Assembly (NCBI GenBank): GCA_005793785.1
Contig: SXPW01000140.1
Coordinates: forward strand, 1 to 43,847
DNA length: 43,847 bases
Direction of reading: 5' to 3'
Source: Actinomycetota bacterium
Lineage (GTDB): Bacteria > Actinomycetota > Acidimicrobiia > Acidimicrobiales > Ilumatobacteraceae
Of this stretch, positions 27,352 to 37,871 are shown one piece after another. Below the pieces are notes generated by a model, which was not told the origin of the DNA, made no database searches, and saw nothing but the letters and a program-made list of their open reading frames with translations. Every line of letters starts with the position of its first letter. Positions within the stretch are counted from its first letter, which is position 1. Made by a program: the position numbers and the translations under genes.

Positions 27352-28500
27352 GTGACCACTACGAACGTGCCTTCGTCGCCGCGCGTGTTCGCGGTAATCG
27401 CAGGTGGCGGCACCGCCGGCCACATCGTTCCCGCATTGGCGATTGCCGAACAACTCGTGGACCGCGGACGGGCACCACGTTCCATAGCGTTCGTCGCGTC
27501 CCGGCGTCCATCCGACGAGCGCTTGTTGGCGGACACCGAACATCCGCGGCTACTGCTCGACGTGGACGGCCTCCAACGCAGCCTGTCTCCGCGGGCCGTG
27601 CTGCGGACGCTGCTCGCGCTACCGAGATTGGTGGTCGCAACGGCGTTGACCACCCGACAGTTTCGGCTGTGGCGGCCCCGAGTGGTGGTGAGCGTCGGTG
27701 GATTCGCCAGCGAACCTGCAGTTCGTGCCGCCGGAGCCCTTCGAATACCCGTGGTCGTCGTGAGTTACGACCAACGTCCCGGACTGGCCACACGACGACA
27801 GGCTCGCAAGGCCGCTGCGGTGGCGACCGCTTTCGCCGGTTCGCCACTGCCGGGTGCAAAACACACCGGTGCACCGGTGCGCAACGGAGTACGGCGGCTG
27901 CTACGTAATTCGGCGGCCGACCCGCACGCTCGGGCCCGTGCGGCGGCGACGTTCGGAATCGATCCGCGTCGACGCATCATCGTGGTGATGGGTGGATCGC
28001 TGGGCTCGCAGGTCGTGAACGGAGCAATCGAGGAGTTCGTGCGTCACCAGGGGTCCCGCAGCGACGTGGCGATCCTCCACCTGGCGGGCGAGCGGTACAT
28101 GTCCACTGCGTTCGCTGCGCCGGAGGGCGCGGCCCTGCACTACGTCCGCCGAGCGAGCCACCACGACATGTCCGAGGTATGGCAGATCGCCGACGTCACC
28201 GTTTGTCGAGCAGGTGCCAGCACCATCGCCGAACTGATCACCGTCGGCTCGGCGGCGCTCGTCATACCGTGGGCGCAGGCAGCCGACGATCATCAACTCG
28301 TCAACGCTCGATGGTTGCGGGACAATGGCGGTGCACTCATGGTCGAGGAATCGGAGGTTGGAGTTCGATTCGAGACGGAACTACTCCGACTCATCGATGA
28401 TTCGGTGTTGCGTGAACGACTGGCCGCCAAATCGTACGCCTTGGGGGCGCTCAATCGATCGTCGGCAATCGGCTCGCTCGTCGAGTCGGTGGCTCGGTGA
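27352..28500 (+). CDS. murG: UDP-GlcNAc:lipid I GlcNAc transferase
   Basis: GTG 27352. GGGTAGHIVPALAIAEQL and C-terminal RAGASTIAEL motifs. Confidence 0.92.
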   Translation: MTTTNVPSSPRVFAVIAGGGTAGHIVPALAIAEQLVDRGRAPRSIAFVASRRPSDERLLADTEHPRLLLDVDGLQRSLSPRAVLRTLLALPRLVVATALTTRQFRLWRPRVVVSVGGFASEPAVRAAGALRIPVVVVSYDQRPGLATRRQARKAAAVATAFAGSPLPGAKHTGAPVRNGVRRLLRNSAADPHARARAAATFGIDPRRRIIVVMGGSLGSQVVNGAIEEFVRHQGSRSDVAILHLAGERYMSTAFAAPEGAALHYVRRASHHDMSEVWQIADVTVCRAGASTIAELITVGSAALVIPWAQAADDHQLVNARWLRDNGGALMVEESEVGVRFETELLRLIDDSVLRERLAAKSYALGALNRSSAIGSLVESVAR

Positions 28501-28527
28501 GGCGCGCATGAATCCTTCGGGTGAACG

Positions 28528-29901
28528 ATGAGCGAGTCACTACGACGGGTGCACATCGTCGGGGTGGGCGGACCGGGAACCAGCGCCATCGCGATCATCC
28601 TCCGCGAGATGGGTGTGACGGTTTCGGGGAGCGACGTGCACGAATCCGCCGCGCTGGAGCGGTTGCGCCGCATCGGGGTACGGGTGAACGTACCGCATGA
28701 TGCAAACGCAGTGACGGGGAGCGACGTCGTTGCACACTCCGCCGCGATTCGCGTCAACAACATGGAATTGGCGGCGGCCCGAGCAGCGGGAATTCGCGTC
28801 TGGTCGCGGGCGCAGATGCTGTCGTGGATTGCGAAGCAGTGTCGTACCGTCGCGGTCGCCGGTACGCACGGCAAGACCACCACGACCACGTTGCTCACCC
28901 TGGTGCTGCGGGCCGTGGGTCGCGATCCGGGGTATCTCATCGGGGCCGATGTCCCGCAACTTGCCCGGAGCGCCCACTGGGGGAGCGAGATCTTCGTGGT
29001 CGAGGCCGACGAGAGCGACTCCAGCCATCGCGCCATCGCACCGCACTCCACGATCCTCACCAACGTCGACGTGGATCATCTCGACGAACACGGATCGTTC
29101 GACGGCATCGTGGACTCCTTCGACTCCTACCTCGCGGCGATTCCCCACGTCAAAGTGGTGTGTGGCGACGACCCGACGGCGGCACGTCTGGGTCGCAAGC
29201 ACGGGGCGTTGCTGTACGGCACGAACGACTCGAACTCCACCGACTACGCCGTACGTGCCACCGACGTTCGCTTCGGAGACGGAAGAATCGACTTCGTCGC
29301 TGGCACACCGTGGGGTAGCGCGGCGATGTCGGTGGCACTACGAGGAATGCACAACGTGCGCAACGTCCTGGCGGCGGTCGCGATGGCCGGCAGCCTCGGG
29401 GTGAGTCCCGCCGAGTCCGCGGCTGCGCTCCGGGAGTTCCGCGGTGTCCACCGTCGATTCGACGTGCGGGCAACCCACGGCGGGGCGACGTTCGTCGACG
29501 ACTATGCACACCTCCCGGCGGAGATCGCAGCGGTGCTGGCGGGCGTGCGGGCCGAGCAATCGCGGTGGCGCCGCATCATCGCGGTGTTCCAACCGAACCG
29601 TTTCAACCGAATGGCAGTCTTGTCCGATGCCTACGGCGACGCGTTCGTCGATGCCGATCTTGTGGTGGTTACCGACATCTACGCGTCGGGTACGGAGCGG
29701 ATCGAGGGCGTCACCGGAAAACTGGTCGTCGACGCGATTCGTGGGGCACATCCGAAAGCCCGGGTCGAGTGGAAGCCGAATCGAGGCGAGCTCGTCGACT
29801 TCGTCGCGAATGAAGTACGCGAGGGAGACCTTTGCATCTCGATGGGCTGCGGTGACATCGAGACGCTCCCCGACGAGGTAGTGGCGCGTCGGGGAGAATA
29901 G
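28528..29901 (+). CDS. murC: UDP-MurNAc:L-alanine ligase
   Basis: VHIVGVGGPGTSAIA N-terminus and GTHGKTTTT P-loop. 457 aa. Confidence 0.93.
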   Translation: MSESLRRVHIVGVGGPGTSAIAIILREMGVTVSGSDVHESAALERLRRIGVRVNVPHDANAVTGSDVVAHSAAIRVNNMELAAARAAGIRVWSRAQMLSWIAKQCRTVAVAGTHGKTTTTTLLTLVLRAVGRDPGYLIGADVPQLARSAHWGSEIFVVEADESDSSHRAIAPHSTILTNVDVDHLDEHGSFDGIVDSFDSYLAAIPHVKVVCGDDPTAARLGRKHGALLYGTNDSNSTDYAVRATDVRFGDGRIDFVAGTPWGSAAMSVALRGMHNVRNVLAAVAMAGSLGVSPAESAAALREFRGVHRRFDVRATHGGATFVDDYAHLPAEIAAVLAGVRAEQSRWRRIIAVFQPNRFNRMAVLSDAYGDAFVDADLVVVTDIYASGTERIEGVTGKLVVDAIRGAHPKARVEWKPNRGELVDFVANEVREGDLCISMGCGDIETLPDEVVARRGE

Positions 29902-29905
29902 GAAC

Positions 29906-32089
29906 GTGCCCGCCGACGACACCGACAACTTTGCGCGCAACCAGCGCGCACTCGACAGGCTGGGCATCCTGCTCGGTCCCCGGGTGCAACGCGACGTACC
30001 ACTCGGGCCGTACACCACCTACAAGGTGGGCGGTCCCGCCAATCTGTTCCTGACGGCCCGCTCGATCGACGACCTGCACGCCGTGAGCAACGCACTGCGG
30101 GAGCAGAAGGTTCCGCTCCTCGTCATCGGTCGTGGGAGCAACCTCCTCGTGTCCGACGACGGCTTCGATGGACTCGTGATCGTGCTCGGCGAATTCGCCG
30201 AGGAAATCAACTGGCCGCAGCGGCCTGCCGTTCCCCGCGTGATCGTCGGTGGGGCGGTGCCTCTTCCGGTTCTGGCGCGACAGAGCGTCGCCCGCGGCTT
30301 GACCGGAGCCGAGTGGTGCGTCGGTGTGCCCGGCTCGGTGGGAGGTGCGGTACGGATGAATGCTGGCGGCCACGGCTCCGACATTGCGTCGAGTCTCGAG
30401 TCTGCCAAGATCTTCCATCTCGGCAAGGGAATCATCGCCAACGTGCAATCGCGGGATCTCGGGCTGCGATTTCGCGGCAGCGACTTGCAGGCCCATCACG
30501 TCGTTTTGTCGGCCGCGTTCGCACTCGGTTGGGGCGACCAATCCGCAAGTGAGTCGGAGATTTCGGAGATCGTGCGCTGGCGTCGCGAACACCAACCCGG
30601 TGGTCAGAACGCCGGCTCGGTGTTCGTGAATCCGCAGCCCGGCGGTGGGTCGGCCGGGGCGATCATCGATCGACTCGGTCTACGTGGATTGCGAATCGGT
30701 TCGGCGGTCGTCTCGGACAAACATGCCAACTTCATCCAAAGCGACGTCGACGGCAGCGCCGAAGACGTGGCCCTGCTCATGGCGGAGGTTCGGTCCAGGG
30801 TGCGCGAGGAGTTGAACATCGATTTGCGAAGCGAGGTTCGTCTCGTCGGCTTCGACCCTGAAACCGCCACGGAAGCGGGCGCACTCCTCGGCGGTGGACG
30901 AGATTCGACGGAATCGTCGCCCCGGACCTTGACGCGGCTGGACGAACTGTTCGGACCGTTGGCGACCGACGACACGCTCAGTGCCGTCACGATGTCGCCC
31001 CCACTTCCGCTGGAAGCAGTCGCCGAGCTCCGCGAGTTGTTCGACGGCACCGGGGCAACGTCGCGACCCGACGATTCCGATGTATCCCCGCAGCCAGACA
31101 CTTCGACGAACGTTTCCGATGTCGCCTCCGGTGAGACGCCCGTTGCGCCGGTGGTCGACATCTCGACTGCCGCACAGTCACGCATCGAGTCGGACACCGC
31201 GGCAGGTGTCCCGGTCGTCATCGACGATGCCGAACATCTGCTTCCCCACGAACGGAGCGAGGGTTCGGCAACCTTGTCGCTCGACCCGACGAGTCCGTTC
31301 TCGACCGGCAGCGTCGTGGTACCCGGCACGTCGCTGGCGGACGTCATCGTCGATGATCGCATCGGTCGGCGTTCGTGGTTGAAGCGTCTGTTGCCACGAC
31401 GCGTGTCGCCGTTCGTTGGTTTTGGTGTCGTCATCGCCGTCATCGCGCTGGCCCTCGTGGTCTTGGCATCGCCGATCTTCGCGGTGCGTCGAATCGACAT
31501 CACCGGCGTGACCTACACCGATGCCGCGCTCGTCGAGGACGTGAGTGATTCGTTGCGAGGAGCGAGCGTCTTCACCGCCGATCTCGACGGTGCGCAACGA
31601 CGACTCGAAGGCGACCCGTGGGTGGCGCGAGCAAGACTGTCGTGGTACCTGCCGAACCGAGTCACGATCGAGGTCGATGAACGCCAGGCCGTGGCGTGGT
31701 TCGTCGGTGTCGACAATCGAGCCCGTGTCCTCGACTTCGAGGGTCGGGTACTCGCCGTACTGGACGGACAGCCCACGCAGATCATGAAGATCGAGGGTGT
31801 CGGACCGAATCTGCCGCCCGGAACCGTACCTTCGTTGGTGTATCAAGCGGCGGCGCAACTCGCGGTGTCGTTCCCGGCGAGCCTGGCTCCGCGAGTGAAG
31901 CACGTCAACGTGGATGGTCCGGAATCGCTCGGCTTCACGCTCAAGGCGGGCACCGTGGTGACCCTCGGGGCTCCGGTCGATATTCGCGGCAAACTCATCA
32001 GTGTGGTCACCGTGCTCAATCAGCAGAACGAGGACTTCATCGCCGGGATCGACGTGTCCGCTGGACAACCGGTCGTGCGCAACGACTAG
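29906..32089 (+). CDS. fusion protein: UDP-N-acetylenolpyruvoylglucosamine reductase (MurB), a low-complexity linker, a TM helix, and a POTRA/FtsQ domain
   Basis: A single uninterrupted 727-codon frame from GTG 29906. MurB occupies aa 1 to about 317 (YKVGGPA, VIGRGSNLLVSD, AGSVFVNP, RSEVRLVGF). The linker spans aa ~318-495, the TM helix aa ~501-527 (VSPFVGFGVVIAVIALALVVLASPIFAV), and FtsQ/DivIB-like POTRA plus beta domain aa ~528-727. Confidence 0.85.
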   Translation: MPADDTDNFARNQRALDRLGILLGPRVQRDVPLGPYTTYKVGGPANLFLTARSIDDLHAVSNALREQKVPLLVIGRGSNLLVSDDGFDGLVIVLGEFAEEINWPQRPAVPRVIVGGAVPLPVLARQSVARGLTGAEWCVGVPGSVGGAVRMNAGGHGSDIASSLESAKIFHLGKGIIANVQSRDLGLRFRGSDLQAHHVVLSAAFALGWGDQSASESEISEIVRWRREHQPGGQNAGSVFVNPQPGGGSAGAIIDRLGLRGLRIGSAVVSDKHANFIQSDVDGSAEDVALLMAEVRSRVREELNIDLRSEVRLVGFDPETATEAGALLGGGRDSTESSPRTLTRLDELFGPLATDDTLSAVTMSPPLPLEAVAELRELFDGTGATSRPDDSDVSPQPDTSTNVSDVASGETPVAPVVDISTAAQSRIESDTAAGVPVVIDDAEHLLPHERSEGSATLSLDPTSPFSTGSVVVPGTSLADVIVDDRIGRRSWLKRLLPRRVSPFVGFGVVIAVIALALVVLASPIFAVRRIDITGVTYTDAALVEDVSDSLRGASVFTADLDGAQRRLEGDPWVARARLSWYLPNRVTIEVDERQAVAWFVGVDNRARVLDFEGRVLAVLDGQPTQIMKIEGVGPNLPPGTVPSLVYQAAAQLAVSFPASLAPRVKHVNVDGPESLGFTLKAGTVVTLGAPVDIRGKLISVVTVLNQQNEDFIAGIDVSAGQPVVRND

Positions 32090-32103
32090 TGTGCCTTCAG
32101 TAG

Positions 32104-32126
32104 AGGTTGAGCCTCATGCTCAACCT
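32104..32126 (+). promoter_or_regulatory. perfect 9-bp stem / 5-nt loop hairpin between ftsQ and ftsZ
   Basis: aggttgagc-ctcat-gctcaacct lies 15 nt after the ftsQ stop and 17 nt before the ftsZ ATG, and is followed by a GGGGG Shine-Dalgarno-like run. There is no U-tract. Confidence 0.4.
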
Positions 32127-32142
32127 GGGGGTAAGACAAATC

Positions 32143-33252
32143 ATGCCGAGCAACTCGCAGAATTCGCCGATCGCTGTCATCAAGGTCGTTGGAATCGGCG
32201 GCGGTGGTGTCAACGCCGTCAACCGAATGATTGACGCAGGGTTACGAGGAGTCGACTTCGTCGCCATCAACACCGATGCGCAAGCGCTCATCATGAGCGA
32301 CGCCAGCTACAAGATCGACATCGGACGCGAACTCACGCGCGGGCTCGGTGCGGGAAGCGATCCGGAAGTTGGCCGTGAGGCAGCCGAAGCGCATCGCGAC
32401 GAGATTCAAGAACACCTCGCGGGCGCCGACATGGTGTTCATCACCGCGGGCGAAGGTGGCGGTACGGGTACGGGGGCCGCACCGGTGGTTGCAGAGATAG
32501 CCAAGGCCGAAGGTGCCCTCACCATCGGCATCGTGACCCGGCCATTCAACTTCGAGGGACGTCGACGATCGGTGCAGGCCGATCAAGGCATCGCCAAATT
32601 GAAGGACAAGGTCGACACGCTCATCGTGATTCCCAACGAGAAGCTGCTCTCCATTGCCACCGACAAGACCACGCTCCTCGATGCATTCAAGAAGGCCGAC
32701 GAAGTGCTCATGCAAGGCGTTTCCGGCATCACCGGAATCATCACCACGCCCGGTCTCATCAACACCGACTTCGCCGACGTGAAGACGATCCTCGCCAATG
32801 CCGGCTCATCGCTCATGGGAATCGGAGTCGCCAGTGGCGACAAGCGTGCGTCGAACGCGGCGATTGCCGCGATCACCTCACCGATGCTCGAGGCCGCAAT
32901 CGAAGGAGCCCGTGGAATCTTGTTGAACGTCGCGGGTCCGTCGGACATGAGTTTGTTCGAACTCAACGAAGCCGCCGAAACCGTGCAGCGCGTCGCGCAC
33001 CAGGATGCAAACATCATCCTCGGTACCGTCATCGACGACGATCTCGGCGACGAGGTCCGAGTCACGGTGATCGCGTCGGGATTCGAGCGTTGGGACTCCG
33101 GGGCGGGACGTATCGGCAATCGCATCGACGGCACCTCCACTCGGGGTGAGGCTCGACCAGAGGCCGGCAAGGGCAGTTCACGACTCCGTGAAATCTTCGG
33201 CTCGGACGACGGCGGGGACGACGATCTCGACGTGCCCGATTTTCTCAAGTAG
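32143..33252 (+). CDS. ftsZ: cell-division GTPase FtsZ
   Basis: From ATG 32143: [17 protein letters not shown], the tubulin signature [13 protein letters not shown], and the C-terminal peptide [11 protein letters not shown]. Confidence 0.95.
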   Translation: MPSNSQNSPIAVIKVVGIGGGGVNAVNRMIDAGLRGVDFVAINTDAQALIMSDASYKIDIGRELTRGLGAGSDPEVGREAAEAHRDEIQEHLAGADMVFITAGEGGGTGTGAAPVVAEIAKAEGALTIGIVTRPFNFEGRRRSVQADQGIAKLKDKVDTLIVIPNEKLLSIATDKTTLLDAFKKADEVLMQGVSGITGIITTPGLINTDFADVKTILANAGSSLMGIGVASGDKRASNAAIAAITSPMLEAAIEGARGILLNVAGPSDMSLFELNEAAETVQRVAHQDANIILGTVIDDDLGDEVRVTVIASGFERWDSGAGRIGNRIDGTSTRGEARPEAGKGSSRLREIFGSDDGGDDDLDVPDFLK

Positions 33253-33262
33253 TCGCACGTCG

Positions 33263-33934
33263 TTGGACGAGTCGGCAGTCGCTCGTCGGCTGGCGAACCT
33301 GCGCGAAACGGTGCGCATCGGTGCCCGGCGTGGACCGGTGTCGATTTGTGCGGTGACCAAGGGTTTCGGCTCGGAGGTCGTCGCACTCGCCCAGCGTCTC
33401 GGGTGCGACGCGATCGGTGAGAACTACGCCCAAGAGGTGCAATCCAAGATCGCCGAGGTGGGAACGCACCACCCGCCGGTGCATTTCATCGGGCGCCTCC
33501 AATCCAACAAGATTCGGTCGCTCGCCGGGGTGGTGGCGGTGTGGCAGAGCATCGATCGTGCATCATTGGTCGACGAGCTCGCCAAACGGGTTCCGGGAGC
33601 CCGAATGTTCGTGCAGGTCAACGCCACGGACGAGGTCGACAAGGGTGGTTGCCGACCCGGGGACGTTGCATCGCTGGTTCGGCGGGCTCGCGACCAGGGA
33701 CTCCTCGTCGAGGGCGTGATGGCAGTGGGACCCACGAGTGGCGATCCGGTAGCGACGCGGCGGGCCTTCGCTTCGGTGCGCCGAATGGCGGATGACCTCG
33801 GGCTCGAGGGCTGCTCGATGGGGATGTCGGGGGACATCGACATCGCTCTGGAGGAAGGCACCACGTTGGTGCGGGTCGGCACGGCCCTCTTCGGCGAGCG
33901 TCCGTCGGTGTCGCGCAACCCTGAGGTAATCTAA
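33263..33934 (+). CDS. yggS: YggS-family pyridoxal-phosphate homeostasis protein
   Basis: TTG 33263 is the only canonical in-frame start after the ftsZ stop that keeps the N-terminus. AVTKGF (PLP lysine), HFIGRLQSNK and MGMSGD motifs. Confidence 0.82.
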   Translation: MDESAVARRLANLRETVRIGARRGPVSICAVTKGFGSEVVALAQRLGCDAIGENYAQEVQSKIAEVGTHHPPVHFIGRLQSNKIRSLAGVVAVWQSIDRASLVDELAKRVPGARMFVQVNATDEVDKGGCRPGDVASLVRRARDQGLLVEGVMAVGPTSGDPVATRRAFASVRRMADDLGLEGCSMGMSGDIDIALEEGTTLVRVGTALFGERPSVSRNPEVI

Positions 33935-33939
33935 GCGCC

Positions 33940-34443
33940 ATGTCAATGTTCCGACGGGCCATGGAATACCTGGGTCTTGGAGCCGACGAGGCATATGACG
34001 ACAGCGACCAATCGGTGCGGGCTCGTCGTCCCGTCCGCAACCGACCGGAACCCCTCGACGATATTGACGATGAGGGCGACATCGACGAGGATTACCCGGA
34101 AGTAGCGCCACCACCACGCCGTCCACGAGCGCGTGATGACTCGGGTGTCACCGTGCGTGGACCGGTCGGGCAACCGCCGAAGAATGTGAAGCCGCTCGAT
34201 TCCTCCACCGTCGAGCCGGTGACGTTGAAACCGACTTCGTATGCACACTGCAAGGAAATCGCGGAGCGTTTCAAGAGCGGTCAGCCGGTGATCATGAACA
34301 TGATCGCCACCGATGCCGAGGAGGGTCGACGCATCATCGACTTCGTGTCGGGCTTGGCTTTCGGTCTCAACGGCTCACTCGAGCGCATCTCTCGCGGTGT
34401 ATTTCGCATCACTCCCAACGGTGTGCGAATTCCCCGCGATTAG
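33940..34443 (+). CDS. sepF: cell-division protein SepF
   Basis: N-terminal amphipathic MSMFRRAMEYLGL, a disordered linker, and a conserved C-terminal domain (VTLKPTSYAHCKEIAERFKSGQPVIMNM...IDFVSGLAFGLNGSLERIS). Confidence 0.9.
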   Translation: MSMFRRAMEYLGLGADEAYDDSDQSVRARRPVRNRPEPLDDIDDEGDIDEDYPEVAPPPRRPRARDDSGVTVRGPVGQPPKNVKPLDSSTVEPVTLKPTSYAHCKEIAERFKSGQPVIMNMIATDAEEGRRIIDFVSGLAFGLNGSLERISRGVFRITPNGVRIPRD

Positions 34444-34494
34444 TCGGCGAGCACATCACCGCATCGCCGTGTTGAATGAAAGGGGAGCCCGTCC

Positions 34495-34740
34495 ATGATT
34501 TCACAGTTGATTTCCCTCTATACGTTCGTCATCTTCGTGCGAATCATCCTCAGTTGGTTTCCCAGTGGCAGTCAGGGTGCGTTGGCGTCGGTCACCCGGA
34601 TCCTGTACCAGGTGACCGAACCCGTACTCGGACCTGCGCGCCGCATCATCCCCAGCATCGGTCCACTCGACATCTCGCCCATCGTCGTCGTCTTCGCGCT
34701 CGGCTTCGTGCAACGAATGCTGGCCTCCGCAGGACTGTGA
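34495..34740 (+). CDS. yggT: YggT-family membrane protein
   Basis: 81 aa ([18 protein letters not shown]...), with a strong Shine-Dalgarno AAGGGGAG 7 nt upstream. Confidence 0.85.
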   Translation: MISQLISLYTFVIFVRIILSWFPSGSQGALASVTRILYQVTEPVLGPARRIIPSIGPLDISPIVVVFALGFVQRMLASAGL

Positions 34741-34753
34741 CGAGCGCCGACTG

Positions 34754-37700
34754 ATGTCCGGCACGTATCCGCAGGTTGCGGCCCAACCGAACCTTCCCGA
34801 ACTCGAGGGGCGTGTGCTCGCGTATTGGGAGTCCGACCGGACGTTCGTCGCTTCGGTGGAGCGACATCCGCCGACGTCGGCGAACGGGGAATTCGTTTTC
34901 TACGATGGCCCGCCCTTCGCGAACGGCCTCCCGCATTACGGTCACTTGCTGACCGGGTTCGTGAAGGATGCCGTTCCCCGGTATCGCACGATGAGCGGCA
35001 AACGCGTCGAGCGACGATTCGGATGGGATTGTCACGGTCTTCCCGCCGAAGCCGAGGCCGAGCGGCAACTCGGTATCTCCGGTCGTCAAGCCATCACCGA
35101 CTTCGGCATCGACAAGTTCAACGACCATTGCCGAACCTCGGTGCTGCAGTACACGAGCGACTGGCGCCGTTACGTCACCCGCCAAGCGCGCTGGGTGGAT
35201 TTCGACAACGACTACAAGACCCTCGATTTGCCGTACATGGAGAGCGTCATGTGGGCGTTCAAGACGCTCTGGGACAAGGGACTCGTGTACGAGGGTTTTC
35301 GCGTGCTGCCGTATTCGTGGGCGCTCGAAACACCGTTGTCGAACTCCGAAACCCGTCTCGACGACACCTACAAGATGGTGCAGGATCCCGCGCTCACCGT
35401 GGGATTCACGCTCGAGTCGGGGGAGCGGATCCTGGCGTGGACCACCACTCCCTGGACGTTGCCTTCCAACTTGGCGCTGGCCGTCGGCGCCGATATCGAG
35501 TACGGCATCTACGAAATGCACGGCACGCGGTACATCATGGCCAGCGCCCGACGCGAGGCGTACGCCCGCGAACTCGACGGTGCGGTGCAAGTGGGCGTCA
35601 TCCACGGTGCCGAACTCGTGGGTCGTCGGTATGCACCGTTGTTGCCGTATTTCGCCGAACGGGCAGCGACCGGGGCGTTTCGCGTCCTTGCCGGTGACTT
35701 CGTCACGACGCAGGACGGCACCGGAGTGGTGCACATCGCGCCGGGTTTCGGCGAGGACGACCAACGAATTTGCGCGGAAGCCGGCATCGACCTCGTGGTG
35801 CCGGTGGACTCGCGCGGTCGATTCACGAACGAGGTCACCGATCTCGAAGGCCGACAAGTGTTCGAGGCGAACCCACTCATCATCAAGAAACTGAAGGAGC
35901 AGGGAGTCGTGCTGCGACACGAAACCTACGACCACTCCTACCCGCACTGTTGGCGCACGGGAACTCCACTCATTTATCGGGCGGTGAGTTCGTGGTTCGT
36001 GAACGTGTCGGCGATCAAGGAGCGAATGGTGGCACTCAACCACGGGATCAGCTGGGTGCCCGACCACATTCGGGACGGAAGTTTCGGCAAATGGCTGGAG
36101 AATGCACGCGACTGGACCATCAGTCGCAACCGTTTCTGGGGTTCACCCATACCGGTGTGGAAGAGCGACGATCCCGCGTATCCGCGCATCGACGTGTACG
36201 GAAGCATCGCCGAATTGGAGCGCGACTTCGGCGTCAGCGTTGCCGACCTCCATCGACCGGTGGTCGACGACTTGGTGCGCCCGAATCCCGACGACCCGAC
36301 GGGTCGTTCGATGATGCGGCGAGTTCCCGAGGTACTCGATTGTTGGTTCGAGAGCGGGTCGATGCCGTTCGCCCAGGTGCACTATCCATTCGAGAATCGC
36401 GAGTGGTTCGAGAGCCACTATCCGGGCGACTTCATCGTGGAGTACATCGGACAGACGCGGGGCTGGTTCTACACCTTGCACGTTCTGGCGACGGCGCTCT
36501 TTGATCGCCCCGCATTCAAGAGTTGCGTCAGTCATGGAATCGTGCTGGGGGACGACGGACAGAAGATGTCCAAGAGTCTGCGCAATTATCCGGATCCGAT
36601 GCAGGTGTTCGACACCTACGGCGCAGACGCCATGCGTTGGTACCTGTTGTCGTCCTCGATCCTGCGCGGTGCCGACTTCTCCGTCACCGAGGCGGGAATT
36701 CGCGACACCGTGCGACAGAACATCCTTCCGTTGTGGAACTCGTGGTACTTCCTGTCCTTGTATGCGAACGCGGCGAACACCAGGGGTGTCTTCGACACAT
36801 CGAGCCAGAACGTGCTCGACCGCTACATCATCGCCAAGTGCCGATCACTGGTGGAGTCGACGACGATCGCCTTCGACCGCAACGATCTTTTCGAGGCCTG
36901 TGCGCGGGTGCGCGACTTCGTGGACGTGCTCACCAACTGGTACATCCGCCGTAGTCGCGACCGTTTCTGGGAGGGCGATCAGGATGCCATCAACACGCTG
37001 CACAGCGTGCTCGTCATCGTGTGCCGCGTCGCGGCGCCGCTCCTTCCGCTCACCACCGAGGAGGTGTACCGCGGACTCACCGGCGAACGGAGCGTTCACT
37101 TGACTGATTGGCCGACGACCGATGGGCTGTCGGCGGCGGAGGACCTGACGTCGGCGATGGACCTCGCCCGTGACGTGTGCTCGACGACGTTGTCGTTGCG
37201 CAAGTTGCACCAATTACGTGTTCGGCAACCACTCTCTTCGCTCGTGGTCGCAAGTTCGCGTGCGGACCTGCTCGGAGCATTCATCGACGTCATCAAGGAC
37301 GAGGTGAACGTCCGTGACGTCGTGTTGAGCACGAGCGTCGACGACCATGCCCGCCGAGAACTCGTGGTGACGCCGGCTGCACTGGGTCCGCGATTGGGTG
37401 CCGAGACGCAGAAGGTCATCAAGGCGGTGAAACAGGGCGACTGGAGGATCGAATCCGACAAGGTGACGGCGGGCGGTGTGGAGTTGCGCGACGGAGAGTT
37501 CTCACTCCGGTTGGTGGCAACGGGAGAAGGCGAACGAGGTAGCGCGGCATTGTCCGACGGGTCGGGAATCGCCGTTTTGGATCTGACCGTCACCGACGAC
37601 CTGCGCAGGGAGGGTGTGGCCCGGGACGTCGTTCGACTCGTGCAACAGGCGCGTCGCGACGCAGGACTTCACGTCTCCGATCGCATCCGACTGGTACTCG

Positions 37701-37864
37701 GAGTGCCCCCGGAAATGATGGTTGCACTCCGCGAACACGAGCAGATGCTCGGTGTGGAGACGTTGTCCAGGGAGATTCGCATCGTCGACGTCGCTGCTGC
37801 CGGCGCACCGACGACGACGCTCGACGACCTGCCACTCCATGTGGGCGTGGAGCGGCTACCCTGA
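34754..37864 (+). CDS. ileS: isoleucine--tRNA ligase (long, type-2-like form)
   Basis: 1036 aa with a HIGH-type motif (PHYGHLL), KMSKS, a CP1 editing-domain region and an anticodon-binding domain. It starts only 13 nt after yggT. Confidence 0.95.
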   Translation: MSGTYPQVAAQPNLPELEGRVLAYWESDRTFVASVERHPPTSANGEFVFYDGPPFANGLPHYGHLLTGFVKDAVPRYRTMSGKRVERRFGWDCHGLPAEAEAERQLGISGRQAITDFGIDKFNDHCRTSVLQYTSDWRRYVTRQARWVDFDNDYKTLDLPYMESVMWAFKTLWDKGLVYEGFRVLPYSWALETPLSNSETRLDDTYKMVQDPALTVGFTLESGERILAWTTTPWTLPSNLALAVGADIEYGIYEMHGTRYIMASARREAYARELDGAVQVGVIHGAELVGRRYAPLLPYFAERAATGAFRVLAGDFVTTQDGTGVVHIAPGFGEDDQRICAEAGIDLVVPVDSRGRFTNEVTDLEGRQVFEANPLIIKKLKEQGVVLRHETYDHSYPHCWRTGTPLIYRAVSSWFVNVSAIKERMVALNHGISWVPDHIRDGSFGKWLENARDWTISRNRFWGSPIPVWKSDDPAYPRIDVYGSIAELERDFGVSVADLHRPVVDDLVRPNPDDPTGRSMMRRVPEVLDCWFESGSMPFAQVHYPFENREWFESHYPGDFIVEYIGQTRGWFYTLHVLATALFDRPAFKSCVSHGIVLGDDGQKMSKSLRNYPDPMQVFDTYGADAMRWYLLSSSILRGADFSVTEAGIRDTVRQNILPLWNSWYFLSLYANAANTRGVFDTSSQNVLDRYIIAKCRSLVESTTIAFDRNDLFEACARVRDFVDVLTNWYIRRSRDRFWEGDQDAINTLHSVLVIVCRVAAPLLPLTTEEVYRGLTGERSVHLTDWPTTDGLSAAEDLTSAMDLARDVCSTTLSLRKLHQLRVRQPLSSLVVASSRADLLGAFIDVIKDEVNVRDVVLSTSVDDHARRELVVTPAALGPRLGAETQKVIKAVKQGDWRIESDKVTAGGVELRDGEFSLRLVATGEGERGSAALSDGSGIAVLDLTVTDDLRREGVARDVVRLVQQARRDAGLHVSDRIRLVLGVPPEMMVALREHEQMLGVETLSREIRIVDVAAAGAPTTTLDDLPLHVGVERLP

Positions 37865-37871
37865 CGGGGTC

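Noticed and set aside
34741-34753. Expected T-box or other leader upstream of ileS
   Set aside because: Some actinobacterial ileS genes have a T-box leader, but here only 13 nt separate the yggT stop from the ileS start, so there is no room for a riboswitch-type leader.
11268-36067. Numerous 200-470-aa antisense ORFs (for example 11268..12197 -, 13460..14773 -, 20586..21755 -, 23265..24509 -, 34646..36067 -)
   Set aside because: Each lies opposite a gene with clear family motifs and translates to R/G/D/H-rich sequence without recognisable motifs, which is the expected stop-codon-poor shadow frame of high-GC DNA.
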